Positions 29,001 to 39,109 of a DNA stretch of 64,000 bases are shown in pieces (the first letter of the stretch is position 1; the number at the start of each line of letters is the position of its first letter). This DNA comes from a virus. Taxonomy: Duplodnaviria; Caudoviricetes. The notes below the pieces were generated by a model. The model was not told the DNA's origin. It worked only from the letters and a program-made list of their open reading frames with translations, and made no database searches. The stretch covers positions 16,938 to 80,937 of the IMG/VR virus record IMGVR_UViG_3300020200_003236; one strand, 5' to 3'. The position numbers and the translations under genes are program-made.

Positions 29001-32000
29001 GGAAGAGTTTTATTGGATTGATTATTCCATTCATCAAGCTGTCCGCAATACCATTAAAGTAGTCGGAAATTATTGCAGTCTTTATTTCCAACAAAGGATT
29101 GTCTATTATTGTCCAAAGTACATCGTTTACAGCAGGTGCCAATTCACTCAAGAATGGTGGAACTTGCTTCAAAATTGCAATTGTTGCTGCCAAATTAGTT
29201 TCAGCACTTTGTATTTCTTCATTAGATGGCAATGACTCGATGATCGGGATGATAATACCTTCTCTTAGGAAGCTCGTAATGCTTCTGAACCAAGCCTTGA
29301 ATTGCTCAACACCCGCTGCCAACACAGCGATTGGAGCATCCCCCATGCAATCATTTGGATTTAGCGGCACCAACAACTTAGCCAAACCGCCGATAATTCT
29401 GGGTAAAGATCGTACAATGACATACATTGCAGAAAGTATTCTGCCCGCCAGCATTATGGTCTTAGGTTCCGGCAATTGTGTAAGAATTGGAACAACAATT
29501 CCATTCAACATAAATCTAGCAATTCCTGTGAACCATCTCCTGAACAACACGGTGTTACCAGCCAGTTTATCTGCCGGTGTGTCACTCAAAGAATCACCAG
29601 AATCCATAAGTGGAATTAGTTCGTATGCCAAACTTTTTATGACTCTAGGAATAGCCTTCACAATCACAGCCATTGCGGAAATTATTCTCGCAGCCGTTTG
29701 AATTTCTTTTGCGTCCGGCAGAATGGTTAGGATTGGAACGACTATGCCGTAAAGCATGAATCTGGCAATTTGTCTAAACCACTTTGCGAATTCTTTTCTA
29801 TTTTCAATGATTTTATCTATTGGAGAATCAGATAACAATCCGCCATCCATCAAGGCCATCACAGCGGCTAGATTTTTAATCATTGGAACAATGCCCTTAG
29901 CAATTACTGCCATTGCAGAAACAATTCTTGCAGCCGCCACAATTTGGTTTGGATCACCGAATTCAGCAATTACTGGATTGACAATGCCCGTGTGCATGAA
30001 TTTGCCAATTTGTTCAAAGTATTTTCTGAAATCCTCTTTGTTTTTGATGATTTTTTCTACCGGAGAATCCGAGAAGAAACCACCATCCATCAAAGCCATC
30101 GCATCTGCTAGGTTCTTGATGACGGGGACTGTGCTTCTGGCTACTATGGCCATAGCTCGCATAATCATCGCAGCAGCTATAATTTGCTTTGGATCGCCAA
30201 ATTCCTTGATTACCGCATTAACAATTCCGTCATTGACAAATTTGGCTGTGGCAGCGAACCAAGTTGTAAATTCACCCTTATTCTTTTCTATTTTCTTGGC
30301 AGGCGAATCCGTGAAGAAACCACCATCCATTACAGCCATTACAGAAGAAAGACTTTGTATTGCCACTCTGGTGCTGCACAACACAATTGCCAGCGATTTC
30401 ATAATCAAAGCGGCATTTTGTAAAGACTTAACATCAGATAAACCGCTAATTTGAGCCAAAATTCCAGTCTTCACAAAGTTAACTGTTTCTTGGAACCATG
30501 TTGCAAATACGTCTTTATTACTTCTGATCTTTTCTACCGGAGATGCTGTGAAGAATCCGCCATCCATTAAGCCCATAATTGCTGTTAGCGATAAAAGAGC
30601 TATTGACGTGGCTCTCAACATAAGCGCCATGCCAAGCATTGTCTTGGCTGCATTCTTGAGTTCTTTTGCATCCTTGAAATTCTGAATTCCATCAATGATG
30701 CTCTTAACGAAATTGCCAACAGATGTAAAGAATCCATTGAATTGAGGAATTGCTTCCTTAATTTTTTCAATTGGAGACGCTGTAAATACTCCGCCCTGAG
30801 TTAGTGGGGCTATTTTCTCAACCATGATTTGAATAGCAGGCAAGGCCGCTTGCAAAATTACGGCCATCATTTTGAGTGACTTCGCCGCATTCTTTAGTTC
30901 TTTTATGTTGCCAAAAGCGTTTTTGACTTGGTTAACAATAGTTGAAATAAACATAATCATCTTGGGGAAGAATACAGCCATTTTCCTCCTGGCTTCTTCC
31001 ATTTGTTCTATTGGAGAAGAAGCGAAGAAACTGCCCTGAGTCAAAGGCGTGATCTTAGTTCCTAAATCGTTCAATACTTTTGCGGTCAACGAGACTATCA
31101 TGCTTATCATGTAAAGCAAATTGACCATATTCTTTGCAGCCTTTAGATCAACCTGAGCCTGCAAACTCTTGGCGAAATCTACTACTGTACCGACGTATCT
31201 AGTCATCGGTTGTTTCATGGTATCCAATGTATCTGTGCCCTGATTCATTGCATCGACAGTTGATAGTGCCACAATCCAGAATCCCTTGCTGTAACTAATC
31301 GACATTATCTTGTCGCTGGCCTTCATGATTTGGTCTGTGACTTCGCCACACGCCGAAAGAATTGCAGCAACGCCTCGTGCCATCGAAACAGTTTGTTTCG
31401 GATTAAGTTTGGCACCCAAATCCTTGGCTATACTAACCACGGTACCGACGTATCTAGTCATCGGTTGTTTCATGGTATCCAATGTATCTGTGCCCCGATT
31501 CATTGCATCGACAGTTGATGATGCCAACCACCAGAATCCCTTGCTGTAACTAATCAATATTATCTTGTCGCTGGCCTTCATGATCTCGTCTGTGACTTCG
31601 CCACACGCCGCCAGAATCGCAGCAACGCCCTTGGCCATTTCAATTGATTGTTTCGGATCAAGTTTGGCACCCAAATCCTTGGCTATACCAACCACGGTTG
31701 CGATGTATCTAGTCATTGGTTGTTTCATGGTATCCAATGTATCTATGCCCCGATTCATTGCACCGACAGTTGATAGTGCCACAAGCCAGAATCCCTTGCT
31801 GTAACTAATCGACATTATCTTGTCGCTGGCTTTCATTATCTCATCTGTTACTTCTCCACATGCTCCGATAATCGCAGCAACGCCCTTAGCCATTTCTGTG
31901 GCTTGTTTTGGATTTAGAGAGCCACCCATTTGTTTAGCAATACGGACTACAGTTTGAATGTAGGTTCCAACTGGTCCAGCCAAATCACTAAGAGCGATTA

Positions 32001-35000
32001 CACCTTCACGCATTCTGTCGGCAACTTTGCTTCCTGTTAACCAAGCCCAGAATCCACCATATACTGGAACATTCAATAATTTGTCTTTAGCTTTAAATAT
32101 TTCTTCTGTTACTTCGCCACATGCTCCAAGAATCGCAGCAACTCCCTTAGCCATTTCTGTGGCTTCTTTTGGACTTAAAGAAGCTGCCATTTGTCTGGCA
32201 ATACGCACTACAGTTTGAATGTAGGTTCCAACTGGTCCAGCCAAATCACTAAGAGCGATTACACCTTCACGCATTCTGTCGGCAACTTTGCTTCCTGTTA
32301 ACCAAGCCCAGAATCCACCATATACTGGAACATTCAATAATTTGTCTTTAGCTTTAAATATTTCTTCTGTTACTTCGCCACATGCTCCAAGAATCGCAGC
32401 AACTCCCTTAGCCATTTCTGTGGCTTCCTTGGGGTTCAAGGAGCTTGCCATTTGTCTGGCAATACGCACTACAGTTTGAATGTAGGTTCCAACTGGTCCA
32501 GCCAAATCACTAAGAGCGATTACACCTTCACGCATTCTGCCGGCAACTTTGCTTCCTGTTAACCAAGCCCAGAATCCACCATATACTGGCATATTCAATA
32601 ATTTGTCTTTAGCTTTAAATATTTCTTCTGTTACTTCGCCACATGCTCCAAGAATCGCAGCAACTCCCTTAGCCATTTCTGTGGCTTCCTTGGGGTTCAA
32701 GGAGCTTGCCATTTGTTTGGCAATGCGAACTACAGTTTGGATATAAGTTCCAACTGGTCCGGCCAAATCACTAAGAGCGATTACGCCTTCACGCATTCTG
32801 TCGGCAACTTTACTTCCTACCAACCAAGACCAGAAACCACCATATACTGGCATATTCAACAATCTGTCTTTGGCTTTAAATATTTCTTCTGTAATTTGTC
32901 CGCAAGCGCCAAGAATATCTGCAACGCCCTTAGCCATTTCTATTGCTTGATCTGGGCTAATTTTGCCGCCAATTTTCTTGGCTATATCAACTACCGTTCC
33001 GATATAGGCTATGACTGGCTCAGACAAACTATTTAGAGCGTCCAATCCAGCCCACATCAAAGGTATAATTAACCAAGACAAAATTGAGAGTAATCCCAAT
33101 TTCACCAATGAACCCATCTGGCCTAAGATGCTATCTGTAATTCTTCCAGCGGAATCAATAACAGATGCAACGGCGTCAGCTATCTTCTGGCCTTCTTCTG
33201 GGGTGACGGTCATAGATTTCTTGGCCATGTTGATGATAGCACTTGCCAAACCAATCATCACAGGGGTTAAGAGTGTCAGTGCTATTGCACCCAAAGCCAT
33301 AAATCCTAAACCAGCCCAGAACAATGGGGTGTACAGCATGTAGCCAAGAGCAGCCAGACCTGCACCAGCAGCAATCACACTTGCAGCAATGCTACCGGCT
33401 GATTTGATTATGTCAGCAACATCGTCCGCTACTTTAGCGGCTACTGCTGGGTCCATTCCCTTGCCCATTACTCCTTGAGCAATGTCGATAATTGCCATTG
33501 CTAGTTTGATAATTGCAGGAGTAATTGCCAAAATAGCCACTGCACCTATAGCGGCCATCAAAGCCATCGACCAGAATGCTCCGGTTATTACGGCTGTTCC
33601 GAGAAGTGACAATGCCCAACCAGAAGCTAGAACGGCACCGGCAATTACACCAGCGGCAACTATTACGCCTGCTGTGTCTTCTGCTATCTTCTTAGCCACA
33701 CTCAAGTCAAGTCCTGCTGCCACTGTTATGGCTTCACCCATCTTCAATATGGCTACACCCAACGCAACTATTGCAGGAGTAATTGCCAAAATAGCTATTG
33801 CACCCAAAGCGGCTAATCCTGCCATCAACCAGAATGCTCCGGTTGTCATGGCGGCTCCGAGAAGTGACAATGCCCAACCAGAAACTAGAACGGCACCGGC
33901 GATTACGCCAGCAGCAACTATTACGCCTGCTGTATTCATTGCAGTTTCAGCGCCCATAGCCAAATCAACGCCTGCTGCCGCCATCAAAGCGGAAGACATT
34001 TTGATTATGGCCATAGCCAAAAGTAGTATTGCTGGTGTCAATATGAGAAGAGCCACGGCACCAAGAGCCATTAGTCCAGCCATAGCCAGCGTAGACATGC
34101 CGCCGTCCCACATCATTGCTCCTAAGAAATACAACGGGATACTGGCCCCAATAACGCCTAGTGCGATAACTCCTGCTGCACCAATGATTGCAGCAACATC
34201 CAGTGCGACCATAGCGGCGGTTCCCGCATCAAGGCCGAATGCTCCAAGAATCTTTGAACTCATCCAGATAATTGCACTGGCAAGCAAAACAATGGCTGGT
34301 GCTAATATCAGAAGTGCCAATCCACCTTTTCCAATGGTCCACAACATGTCATTCAAGTCGCCTTTCAGCAACGGGCTTTCTTTAAGCTTTTCCAAACACT
34401 CCACAGCTTCACTTACACCATAAGCTATTAAGCCAGCAGCGGCGGCGATTGCTCCCACTATTACTGCTGTCTCTGCTACTGTCGAAAGGTCTAATCCGAA
34501 TGCATTGGTTATTTTGTTTACCATCCAAATAATGGCAGCACCCAACAATACCAAGGCCGGTCCAATAAGAGCTACGGCAATGGCCATCTTAGCCATTTCT
34601 TTGTAATTTTCTTTTACACCAGACGCAAATTCTTTAGATTCTGACGTATCCAATTCTTTGTAAAGTTGAACTGCACCAAATGCAATTGCTCCACCAGCCG
34701 CTGCAACCGCTGCCACAGTAGCTGCTGTCTGCATTACAGTAGCCTCATCGAGGCCGAGTAAGTCAAGAATCTTCTTGCCTAAGAATATGATTGCGGCACC
34801 CAAGGCAAGGACGCCCACAGCAAGGGTTGCTATGGCGGCAGCATTTTCCATGAAGCTGCCGCCCATTTCGTCTATAACGCCAGGATCAACATCCCCGACA
34901 GGGGCCGAGGCTTGTTTTTTTAATTCTTTACTTTTGAGAGCTTTTTCAGCCTTAACATTCTTGCTCTCTTGCTTGATATTTGCAGATTTTAGTTTGTTTT

Positions 35001-37677
35001 CCCGCTTTTCTATCTTTATCTGCTTTTCTTGATGACGACGAATGCTCTTTTCTACAGCGGTCGGCTTTGCCTCGCCTTGTTTTGCTGCGGCGGCTGGGGC
35101 TGCTTTAGCAGCAGTGCTCGGCTTTGCCTCGCCTTGTTTTGCTGCGGCGGCTGGGGCTGCTTTAGCAGCAGTGCTCGGCTTTGCCTCGCCTTGTTTTGCT
35201 GCGGCGGCTGGGGCTGCTGTAGCAGCAGTGCTCGGAGAATTCTTCAAAGCACAAATACAATCTTTGATTGTTGCCAAAAGGCTGGCGATATTGCCCATTT
35301 GCTTGAGCAATCCGGTACCAATTTTATCTCTTTGTTTTTCAGCGACGTGGTCGTGGGTATATAAAGAACCTTTTGTTCTTGCCATCTCCGAGAGTCCTCG
35401 GAGGATATTGGCTTGTTCTTGTTCGTGTTTTGTTTCGCCGGTTATAAGTGTTCTTATTTCAGCCATAGTATGGTACAAAGTACCAATTAAGCCTACTACA
35501 CCAATGATGCCTGCTGCGATCACCCCAGCAATAATTAACAATTGTCCAAAGCTAGAATTGAATATCGCACTAAATCCAGCGTTGGCCAAGTTTCTCAAAG
35601 TATCATTCATCTCTCTCAAACTTTGAGCAGCAGAGCTTAATGGATCAAGTTGAGCCTTGGCAGCGGTGCTCGCTTCTTGTTCGGCTTTTGTAATCTTCGC
35701 TGTTAATTCACGGAAAGCAGCAGGGTCTTTCAATGCTCTTTCGATTTCGCTGGAATCAATCTTGAGTTCTTGTTTTCCAGCAGCCTTTAATCCCTTGTTC
35801 ACACTATCCATAGCACTCTGGATAGCCCCTCTTGCTACATCGGCTTCACTTGTCCAAGCTACGCCCAAAGCGTTCATGTCTTTTTCAAACTCGCCTCTTC
35901 TTGTGCTGAATTTGGCAAGTGCATCGCCCATATTCTTGGCACTCTTTGCCGCTTCATCCAAAGCAGTCAATGCGCCCATTGAAGCACTTAGTTTTAGCTT
36001 TCTTTGTTCTTCAAGAACTGCGGCTTTTTCTTCCAGTGTTAGATTTTGTTGAAGTTTCTTGTTTACATTCGCTAGTTTGTCGGCAAGAGTTTGGCTCGAT
36101 TGCTCAAATGCCTCAATAGTACCCATTAACTCGCCAGCTTCTACATCAAATGCTGCTTTCAATTGAATGTTAATTCTGGCTTTTGCTTGATCGGAGAGTT
36201 TTTCCCAATTAGCTCTAATTTCTTCGGCGCTATTGCCAGCAACACCAAATTGGTTGATGGTTCTCATGAACTCTTTGTTCATGCCCTTCATCGCCGCTTT
36301 GCTTTGTAGCAAAGTGCCGCTGAATAGCTTGCCATATACGCCAGCCTGATTAGCTGCCTTTGCAAGCAAAGCGAATGTGCTGGTATTGGCCGCCAACAAC
36401 TTGTTGGTGCTAGTCATAGCACCCATCAACTTGTCGCCATCAATACCAACTTTCTTGAAGTTCGCAGATAGCTCAATGATGTTCTTGACTTGTGCAGCAG
36501 TTGCAGTTCCGGCGTTCTTTAGGTTGTCTATATATTGTTTGCTGCTTTCGACTACTTCTTTGAGTGCATCGCCCGTCATGCCGGTAAATCGGGCCACATC
36601 TCTCATGCCTCGACCCATATCACCGATTTGACCCTCATTGAACTTTAGGTGTCTTGTCCAATCTACGAAGGTATCGCCCAACTCACCAGCTTTAATGCCG
36701 AGTTGTTCTTCTGTGTTAAGTTGTGCAACGGTAATCGCATGGGCTTTCTTCAAATCCTTGATGCCCATTCGGAGAGTCTTTGTGTATCTGACAATAAAAT
36801 CTTGTCTTGACTTGCCAGTTAGTTTTGCGGTTTTGTCTATATCCTCAAAAGTCCGCATTAATTGCACTTGGTCTTTTGTGGCACCGGCTATTTCATAAGA
36901 GATTTTTCTAGCTTCTTGTACGAACTCTCTTTCTTTGTCCAGAATACCTTCTGTCAAGCTGCTGAATACTCTTATTCCGAGTATCTGATCTTCTAATATA
37001 CTGGTGAGGTTTCTTGCAGCCTTTTCTCTTTCCAACCAAGGTTTTAATGATTCACCAGTAGAACCATCGGCGGGAACAGGTGTTGGTTCACCACCGGGAA
37101 CAGGTGTTGGTCCACCGCCTCCGCCACCGCCGCCTCCGCCACCGCCTCCACTTGGAATTTTGACAAGTCCTGTTTCTATTCTTTGCAGAACATCATTAAT
37201 TTGTCGTAATACACCTTCGCAGGCTGTATCATGAACTGAAATAGAATTTTTTTCCAAACCTGCTCTGGCAAACTTGCCTAAATCTCTCCACACAGATGCT
37301 TTGGGAGCATCTTTGTCTTTGACTGGTTTTTTATCTTTGGCCTTTTTGCCATCTGGCTTTTTATCTTTCTTATCTTTATTATCTTTATTATCTTTTTCCT
37401 CGCTTTTACTTTGTGCTATTTCTTTGAGAACATCGACCATTTGTTTTAAATAGTCTTTTTGTTCTTTCACAGAGTCTTGGAAGTCTTTAGTATATGTTTC
37501 AAATAGTTTGACTAACTTATCATTAGGCGCAGCATCGCCGCCTTTAGCAAAAGGCTTTGCATCACCTACAGCTTTTGTAGCAGAGGTAGCTATTAAACCC
37601 TTGATTTCTTGCAAGGAAAGATTGGTAGTCTTTTGTCCTTCTACTAATCTTCCCAAATCATCGTATAATTGAGCCAT
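26035..37677 (-). CDS. Tape measure protein (3880 aa)
   Basis: Very long helical Ala/Ile/Leu-rich ORF with a hydrophobic mid-section and Trp/Phe-anchored repeats, directly upstream of the tube initiator/LysM/hub/spike genes. Confidence 0.85.
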   Translation of the reverse strand: MAQLYDDLGRLVEGQKTTNLSLQEIKGLIATSATKAVGDAKPFAKGGDAAPNDKLVKLFETYTKDFQDSVKEQKDYLKQMVDVLKEIAQSKSEEKDNKDNKDKKDKKPDGKKAKDKKPVKDKDAPKASVWRDLGKFARAGLEKNSISVHDTACEGVLRQINDVLQRIETGLVKIPSGGGGGGGGGGGGGPTPVPGGEPTPVPADGSTGESLKPWLEREKAARNLTSILEDQILGIRVFSSLTEGILDKEREFVQEARKISYEIAGATKDQVQLMRTFEDIDKTAKLTGKSRQDFIVRYTKTLRMGIKDLKKAHAITVAQLNTEEQLGIKAGELGDTFVDWTRHLKFNEGQIGDMGRGMRDVARFTGMTGDALKEVVESSKQYIDNLKNAGTATAAQVKNIIELSANFKKVGIDGDKLMGAMTSTNKLLAANTSTFALLAKAANQAGVYGKLFSGTLLQSKAAMKGMNKEFMRTINQFGVAGNSAEEIRANWEKLSDQAKARINIQLKAAFDVEAGELMGTIEAFEQSSQTLADKLANVNKKLQQNLTLEEKAAVLEEQRKLKLSASMGALTALDEAAKSAKNMGDALAKFSTRRGEFEKDMNALGVAWTSEADVARGAIQSAMDSVNKGLKAAGKQELKIDSSEIERALKDPAAFRELTAKITKAEQEASTAAKAQLDPLSSAAQSLREMNDTLRNLANAGFSAIFNSSFGQLLIIAGVIAAGIIGVVGLIGTLYHTMAEIRTLITGETKHEQEQANILRGLSEMARTKGSLYTHDHVAEKQRDKIGTGLLKQMGNIASLLATIKDCICALKNSPSTAATAAPAAAAKQGEAKPSTAAKAAPAAAAKQGEAKPSTAAKAAPAAAAKQGEAKPTAVEKSIRRHQEKQIKIEKRENKLKSANIKQESKNVKAEKALKSKELKKQASAPVGDVDPGVIDEMGGSFMENAAAIATLAVGVLALGAAIIFLGKKILDLLGLDEATVMQTAATVAAVAAAGGAIAFGAVQLYKELDTSESKEFASGVKENYKEMAKMAIAVALIGPALVLLGAAIIWMVNKITNAFGLDLSTVAETAVIVGAIAAAAGLIAYGVSEAVECLEKLKESPLLKGDLNDMLWTIGKGGLALLILAPAIVLLASAIIWMSSKILGAFGLDAGTAAMVALDVAAIIGAAGVIALGVIGASIPLYFLGAMMWDGGMSTLAMAGLMALGAVALLILTPAILLLAMAIIKMSSALMAAAGVDLAMGAETAMNTAGVIVAAGVIAGAVLVSGWALSLLGAAMTTGAFWLMAGLAALGAIAILAITPAIVALGVAILKMGEAITVAAGLDLSVAKKIAEDTAGVIVAAGVIAGAVLASGWALSLLGTAVITGAFWSMALMAAIGAVAILAITPAIIKLAMAIIDIAQGVMGKGMDPAVAAKVADDVADIIKSAGSIAASVIAAGAGLAALGYMLYTPLFWAGLGFMALGAIALTLLTPVMIGLASAIINMAKKSMTVTPEEGQKIADAVASVIDSAGRITDSILGQMGSLVKLGLLSILSWLIIPLMWAGLDALNSLSEPVIAYIGTVVDIAKKIGGKISPDQAIEMAKGVADILGACGQITEEIFKAKDRLLNMPVYGGFWSWLVGSKVADRMREGVIALSDLAGPVGTYIQTVVRIAKQMASSLNPKEATEMAKGVAAILGACGEVTEEIFKAKDKLLNMPVYGGFWAWLTGSKVAGRMREGVIALSDLAGPVGTYIQTVVRIARQMASSLNPKEATEMAKGVAAILGACGEVTEEIFKAKDKLLNVPVYGGFWAWLTGSKVADRMREGVIALSDLAGPVGTYIQTVVRIARQMAASLSPKEATEMAKGVAAILGACGEVTEEIFKAKDKLLNVPVYGGFWAWLTGSKVADRMREGVIALSDLAGPVGTYIQTVVRIAKQMGGSLNPKQATEMAKGVAAIIGACGEVTDEIMKASDKIMSISYSKGFWLVALSTVGAMNRGIDTLDTMKQPMTRYIATVVGIAKDLGAKLDPKQSIEMAKGVAAILAACGEVTDEIMKASDKIILISYSKGFWWLASSTVDAMNRGTDTLDTMKQPMTRYVGTVVSIAKDLGAKLNPKQTVSMARGVAAILSACGEVTDQIMKASDKIMSISYSKGFWIVALSTVDAMNQGTDTLDTMKQPMTRYVGTVVDFAKSLQAQVDLKAAKNMVNLLYMISMIVSLTAKVLNDLGTKITPLTQGSFFASSPIEQMEEARRKMAVFFPKMIMFISTIVNQVKNAFGNIKELKNAAKSLKMMAVILQAALPAIQIMVEKIAPLTQGGVFTASPIEKIKEAIPQFNGFFTSVGNFVKSIIDGIQNFKDAKELKNAAKTMLGMALMLRATSIALLSLTAIMGLMDGGFFTASPVEKIRSNKDVFATWFQETVNFVKTGILAQISGLSDVKSLQNAALIMKSLAIVLCSTRVAIQSLSSVMAVMDGGFFTDSPAKKIEKNKGEFTTWFAATAKFVNDGIVNAVIKEFGDPKQIIAAAMIMRAMAIVARSTVPVIKNLADAMALMDGGFFSDSPVEKIIKNKEDFRKYFEQIGKFMHTGIVNPVIAEFGDPNQIVAAARIVSAMAVIAKGIVPMIKNLAAVMALMDGGLLSDSPIDKIIENRKEFAKWFRQIARFMLYGIVVPILTILPDAKEIQTAARIISAMAVIVKAIPRVIKSLAYELIPLMDSGDSLSDTPADKLAGNTVLFRRWFTGIARFMLNGIVVPILTQLPEPKTIMLAGRILSAMYVIVRSLPRIIGGLAKLLVPLNPNDCMGDAPIAVLAAGVEQFKAWFRSITSFLREGIIIPIIESLPSNEEIQSAETNLAATIAILKQVPPFLSELAPAVNDVLWTIIDNPLLEIKTAIISDYFNGIADSLMNGIINPIKLFPSLEELTEIVGQLDGMTETVKQVPPFLSGLAPAVNDVFWTIIDNPFLGVKTAIISNYFKGIADSLVNGIIDPIKLFPSSEELTEVVGQLDGMAETVKKVALLLNNVSTELGPLVTGWWWNSVIFLGVKTAIFSRYFKGIAASLVNGIINPIKQFFPSSEELTEVVGQLDGMAETVKKVALLLNNVSTELGPLVTGWWWFSPIAKIDTAIISDYFKGITDSLVNGIINPIKLFPSSEELTEVVGQLYDMTETVGQVPPFLSELAPAVNDVFWTIIDNPLLEVKTAIISDYFKGITDSLVNGIINPIKLFPSSEELTEVVGQLDGVAKTVKQVPPFLSGLAPAVNDVFWIIISNPFLGVDTAIISSYFKGIADSLVNGIINPIKLFPSSEELTEVVRQLDGMTETVKKVALLLNNVSTELGPLVTGWWWNSVIFLGVKTAIFSRYFKGIAASLVNGIINPIKQFFPSSEELTEVVGQLDGMAETVKKVALLLNNVSTELGPLVTGWWWFSPIAKIGRQTDNFADYFSGIASALNTGILEPIKKHLPPSSEIQEAAARISALAEVMSGLKDALQMLSEVMQDIRGMRIDVELLKTLPLAELAALEMNNKMTEAGGGAAAGGKSVNAGSPTEQVQDDKVARKEQEAATSLSKDMDQFMITAITPGNGLYVTDLMLIDTIKKLFKQETPTEVVAKVEQPKTDISTDPTAAVAGTIPANVANPTVTPRVGVSTDPTAAVAGTIPANVANPTVTPRVGGDPLSEARRQALQPAMTRDQIQPAMTRDQIQPAMSTVQRGQQTLQQAQSQPNRGDRIRQALQSRPTTNEYLERGGRNASRREAERSAERDSIRSAEQRIEQEHQRSNPTVRAEQPATATNPQVAVHPPTADVHQQVRQNAASSEPAASQISSPELSELAQAASTENDLQEQMVSLLEQILKIFKGGESSKAGSSEANVGDTAANKVGQKPTNYYRWAAGKHFQSSGKQILNIGSQIV
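27400..29300 (-). repeat. Tape measure C-terminal repeat block (about 87-88 aa units, with a 924-bp offset duplication)
   Basis: gaaccaccaccatccggttacaagtggccccaactctgtag occurs at 27481 and 28405; FPSSEELTEVVGQLDGM recurs. Boundaries approximate. Confidence 0.85.
31200..32900 (-). repeat. Tape measure internal repeats (261-bp/87-aa and 255-bp/85-aa units)
   Basis: Near-identical shadow ORFs at 32027/32288/32549 (261-bp spacing) and 31310/31565 (255-bp spacing). Boundaries approximate. Confidence 0.9.
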
Positions 37678-37740
37678 TTACACCTATTAGATTTATATCA
37701 CATTGATAACAGAGAGTACCTTATTGTTATTTACACCAAT

Positions 37741-38391
37741 TCAGATTAATCCTTGCAAATTTCCGGTATTAACACCAGTTGGTTGCTCTGGGGTTGCAGC
37801 GGCAGCAGGATTAGTTAAGCGTTGGATTTGTTCACGAACAGAACGGCGAATTGCGTCCACTTCTGACGGGTTCAAGGATCGAACCGAGGCGAGAATATTT
37901 AACAGGAAGGCACAATCTAGTTTTCTAATTTGCCTTATGCCACGTCTTTTGTATTGGCGGAAGGCTGAAACTATATATTCATCTCCCTTAATGTTAGAGT
38001 AAGAAAAGCCGAGATTGTTGCAGTTTGGCTGCAACAATCTTTTAATATCTGGGAATGTCAGATAATGTAAATTTACTCCACGAATATAATTCTGCCAAAT
38101 GTCGGTTATCAACACCAACGGATAGGGGTCGTGTCCCGGTTTGTGAAACGTGTAATTGAAACTCACTAGACTGCCCTTTGTGATTGTTTGAGTCATGTGG
38201 CTGTAAATCGGGCCGTACTGGTTTGCCGGAAGTCGTGGTCCGTAAGGAGTTTGTCCAAATTGTGCTGGCGTGAAAAGATTCTCGTTCATGGAGTTATTTA
38301 GATTTACAAGGGGTAAAATGTGGGGTAGAATAGGAGTGCCCTGACGACTTCCGAATCTATGCGAAAAGGGATTACGAAAGGAAAAAGCCAT
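37741..38391 (-). CDS. T4 gp2-like DNA end-protector family protein
   Basis: GSLVSFNY...HDPYPLVLI...RGVNLHYL resembles the gp2 motif (Y.P..k...D..PLv...GlNLHYL). Confidence 0.65.
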   Translation of the reverse strand: MAFSFRNPFSHRFGSRQGTPILPHILPLVNLNNSMNENLFTPAQFGQTPYGPRLPANQYGPIYSHMTQTITKGSLVSFNYTFHKPGHDPYPLVLITDIWQNYIRGVNLHYLTFPDIKRLLQPNCNNLGFSYSNIKGDEYIVSAFRQYKRRGIRQIRKLDCAFLLNILASVRSLNPSEVDAIRRSVREQIQRLTNPAAAATPEQPTGVNTGNLQGLI

Positions 38392-38704
38392 GTGGGTCTA
38401 TTGTCCAGATTGCAACAGTTCGGTAAGCACCGGCACTCACAGTCGTTACGGAGTTTTTTCTTGCACTTGTGGAAGAAAATTCCGTGGTATCTGGGCCGAG
38501 GTGAATGAAATCCATCGTTGGCTCGTGGGATTTTGGATTCCTCCCAACGATCCCAGCATTTGGCCAGAGAATCGTGGTAAGACTCCATGCCCATATTGTG
38601 GACAGTGGGTAAGTGGAAGAATTACGGGCTACTGGCCGGTAGTTTGTCCGCACTGCACAAGAGATTTACCCACGGATAATGTCAATGAAACTGTGGCTGG
38701 ATGA
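38390..38704 (+). CDS. Zinc-ribbon protein
   Basis: CPDC, CTC, CPYC and CPHC motifs in 104 aa; AAAGGA upstream. Confidence 0.55.
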   Translation: MWVYCPDCNSSVSTGTHSRYGVFSCTCGRKFRGIWAEVNEIHRWLVGFWIPPNDPSIWPENRGKTPCPYCGQWVSGRITGYWPVVCPHCTRDLPTDNVNETVAG

Positions 38705-38905
38705 CGAGCGTCATGGCAAAGAAAGAACAGTTAAGACCCTGCCTTCTCTGGTTGCTGAGGCATTAGTGTGTCGGCTACGGAATGCAAATTCCACAAGTGG
38801 CACAGACAATAATTTTGATTACAAACCAAAGTATCAAGCCGATTGTGCCTAAACCGGCTAGTTTGTACTTGAATTTGTTTAGACATTCTACAAATTTCTG
38901 CATAA

Positions 38906-39100
38906 TTAGTCCCTTTCTTTAAGGATTACATAGAATGCATGAATGAGTCCGGGGAAATAACCAAAGAACGTTAACAAGATGTTGAGCCAAAAGTGCATCC
39001 CTAAACCGACTTGCAAAGCTACTCCCAACGGTGGGATAAAGAAAGCGACGATCATGCGAATAATGTCATTGCCGCTAACCGGCATATTTTCATTTTCCAT
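38906..39100 (-). CDS. yqaE: YqaE/Pmp3 family small membrane protein
   Basis: IVAFFIPPLGVALQVGLGMHFWLNILLTFFGYFPGLIHAFYVI is the UPF0057 signature; RBS TAAGGAGG. Confidence 0.9.
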   Translation of the reverse strand: MENENMPVSGNDIIRMIVAFFIPPLGVALQVGLGMHFWLNILLTFFGYFPGLIHAFYVILKERD

Positions 39101-39109
39101 GAAGCCTCC

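Noticed and set aside
26058-37234. Many plus-strand ORFs inside the tape measure gene
   Set aside because: Antisense shadows of a repetitive Ala-rich coding sequence; no RBS or family motifs.
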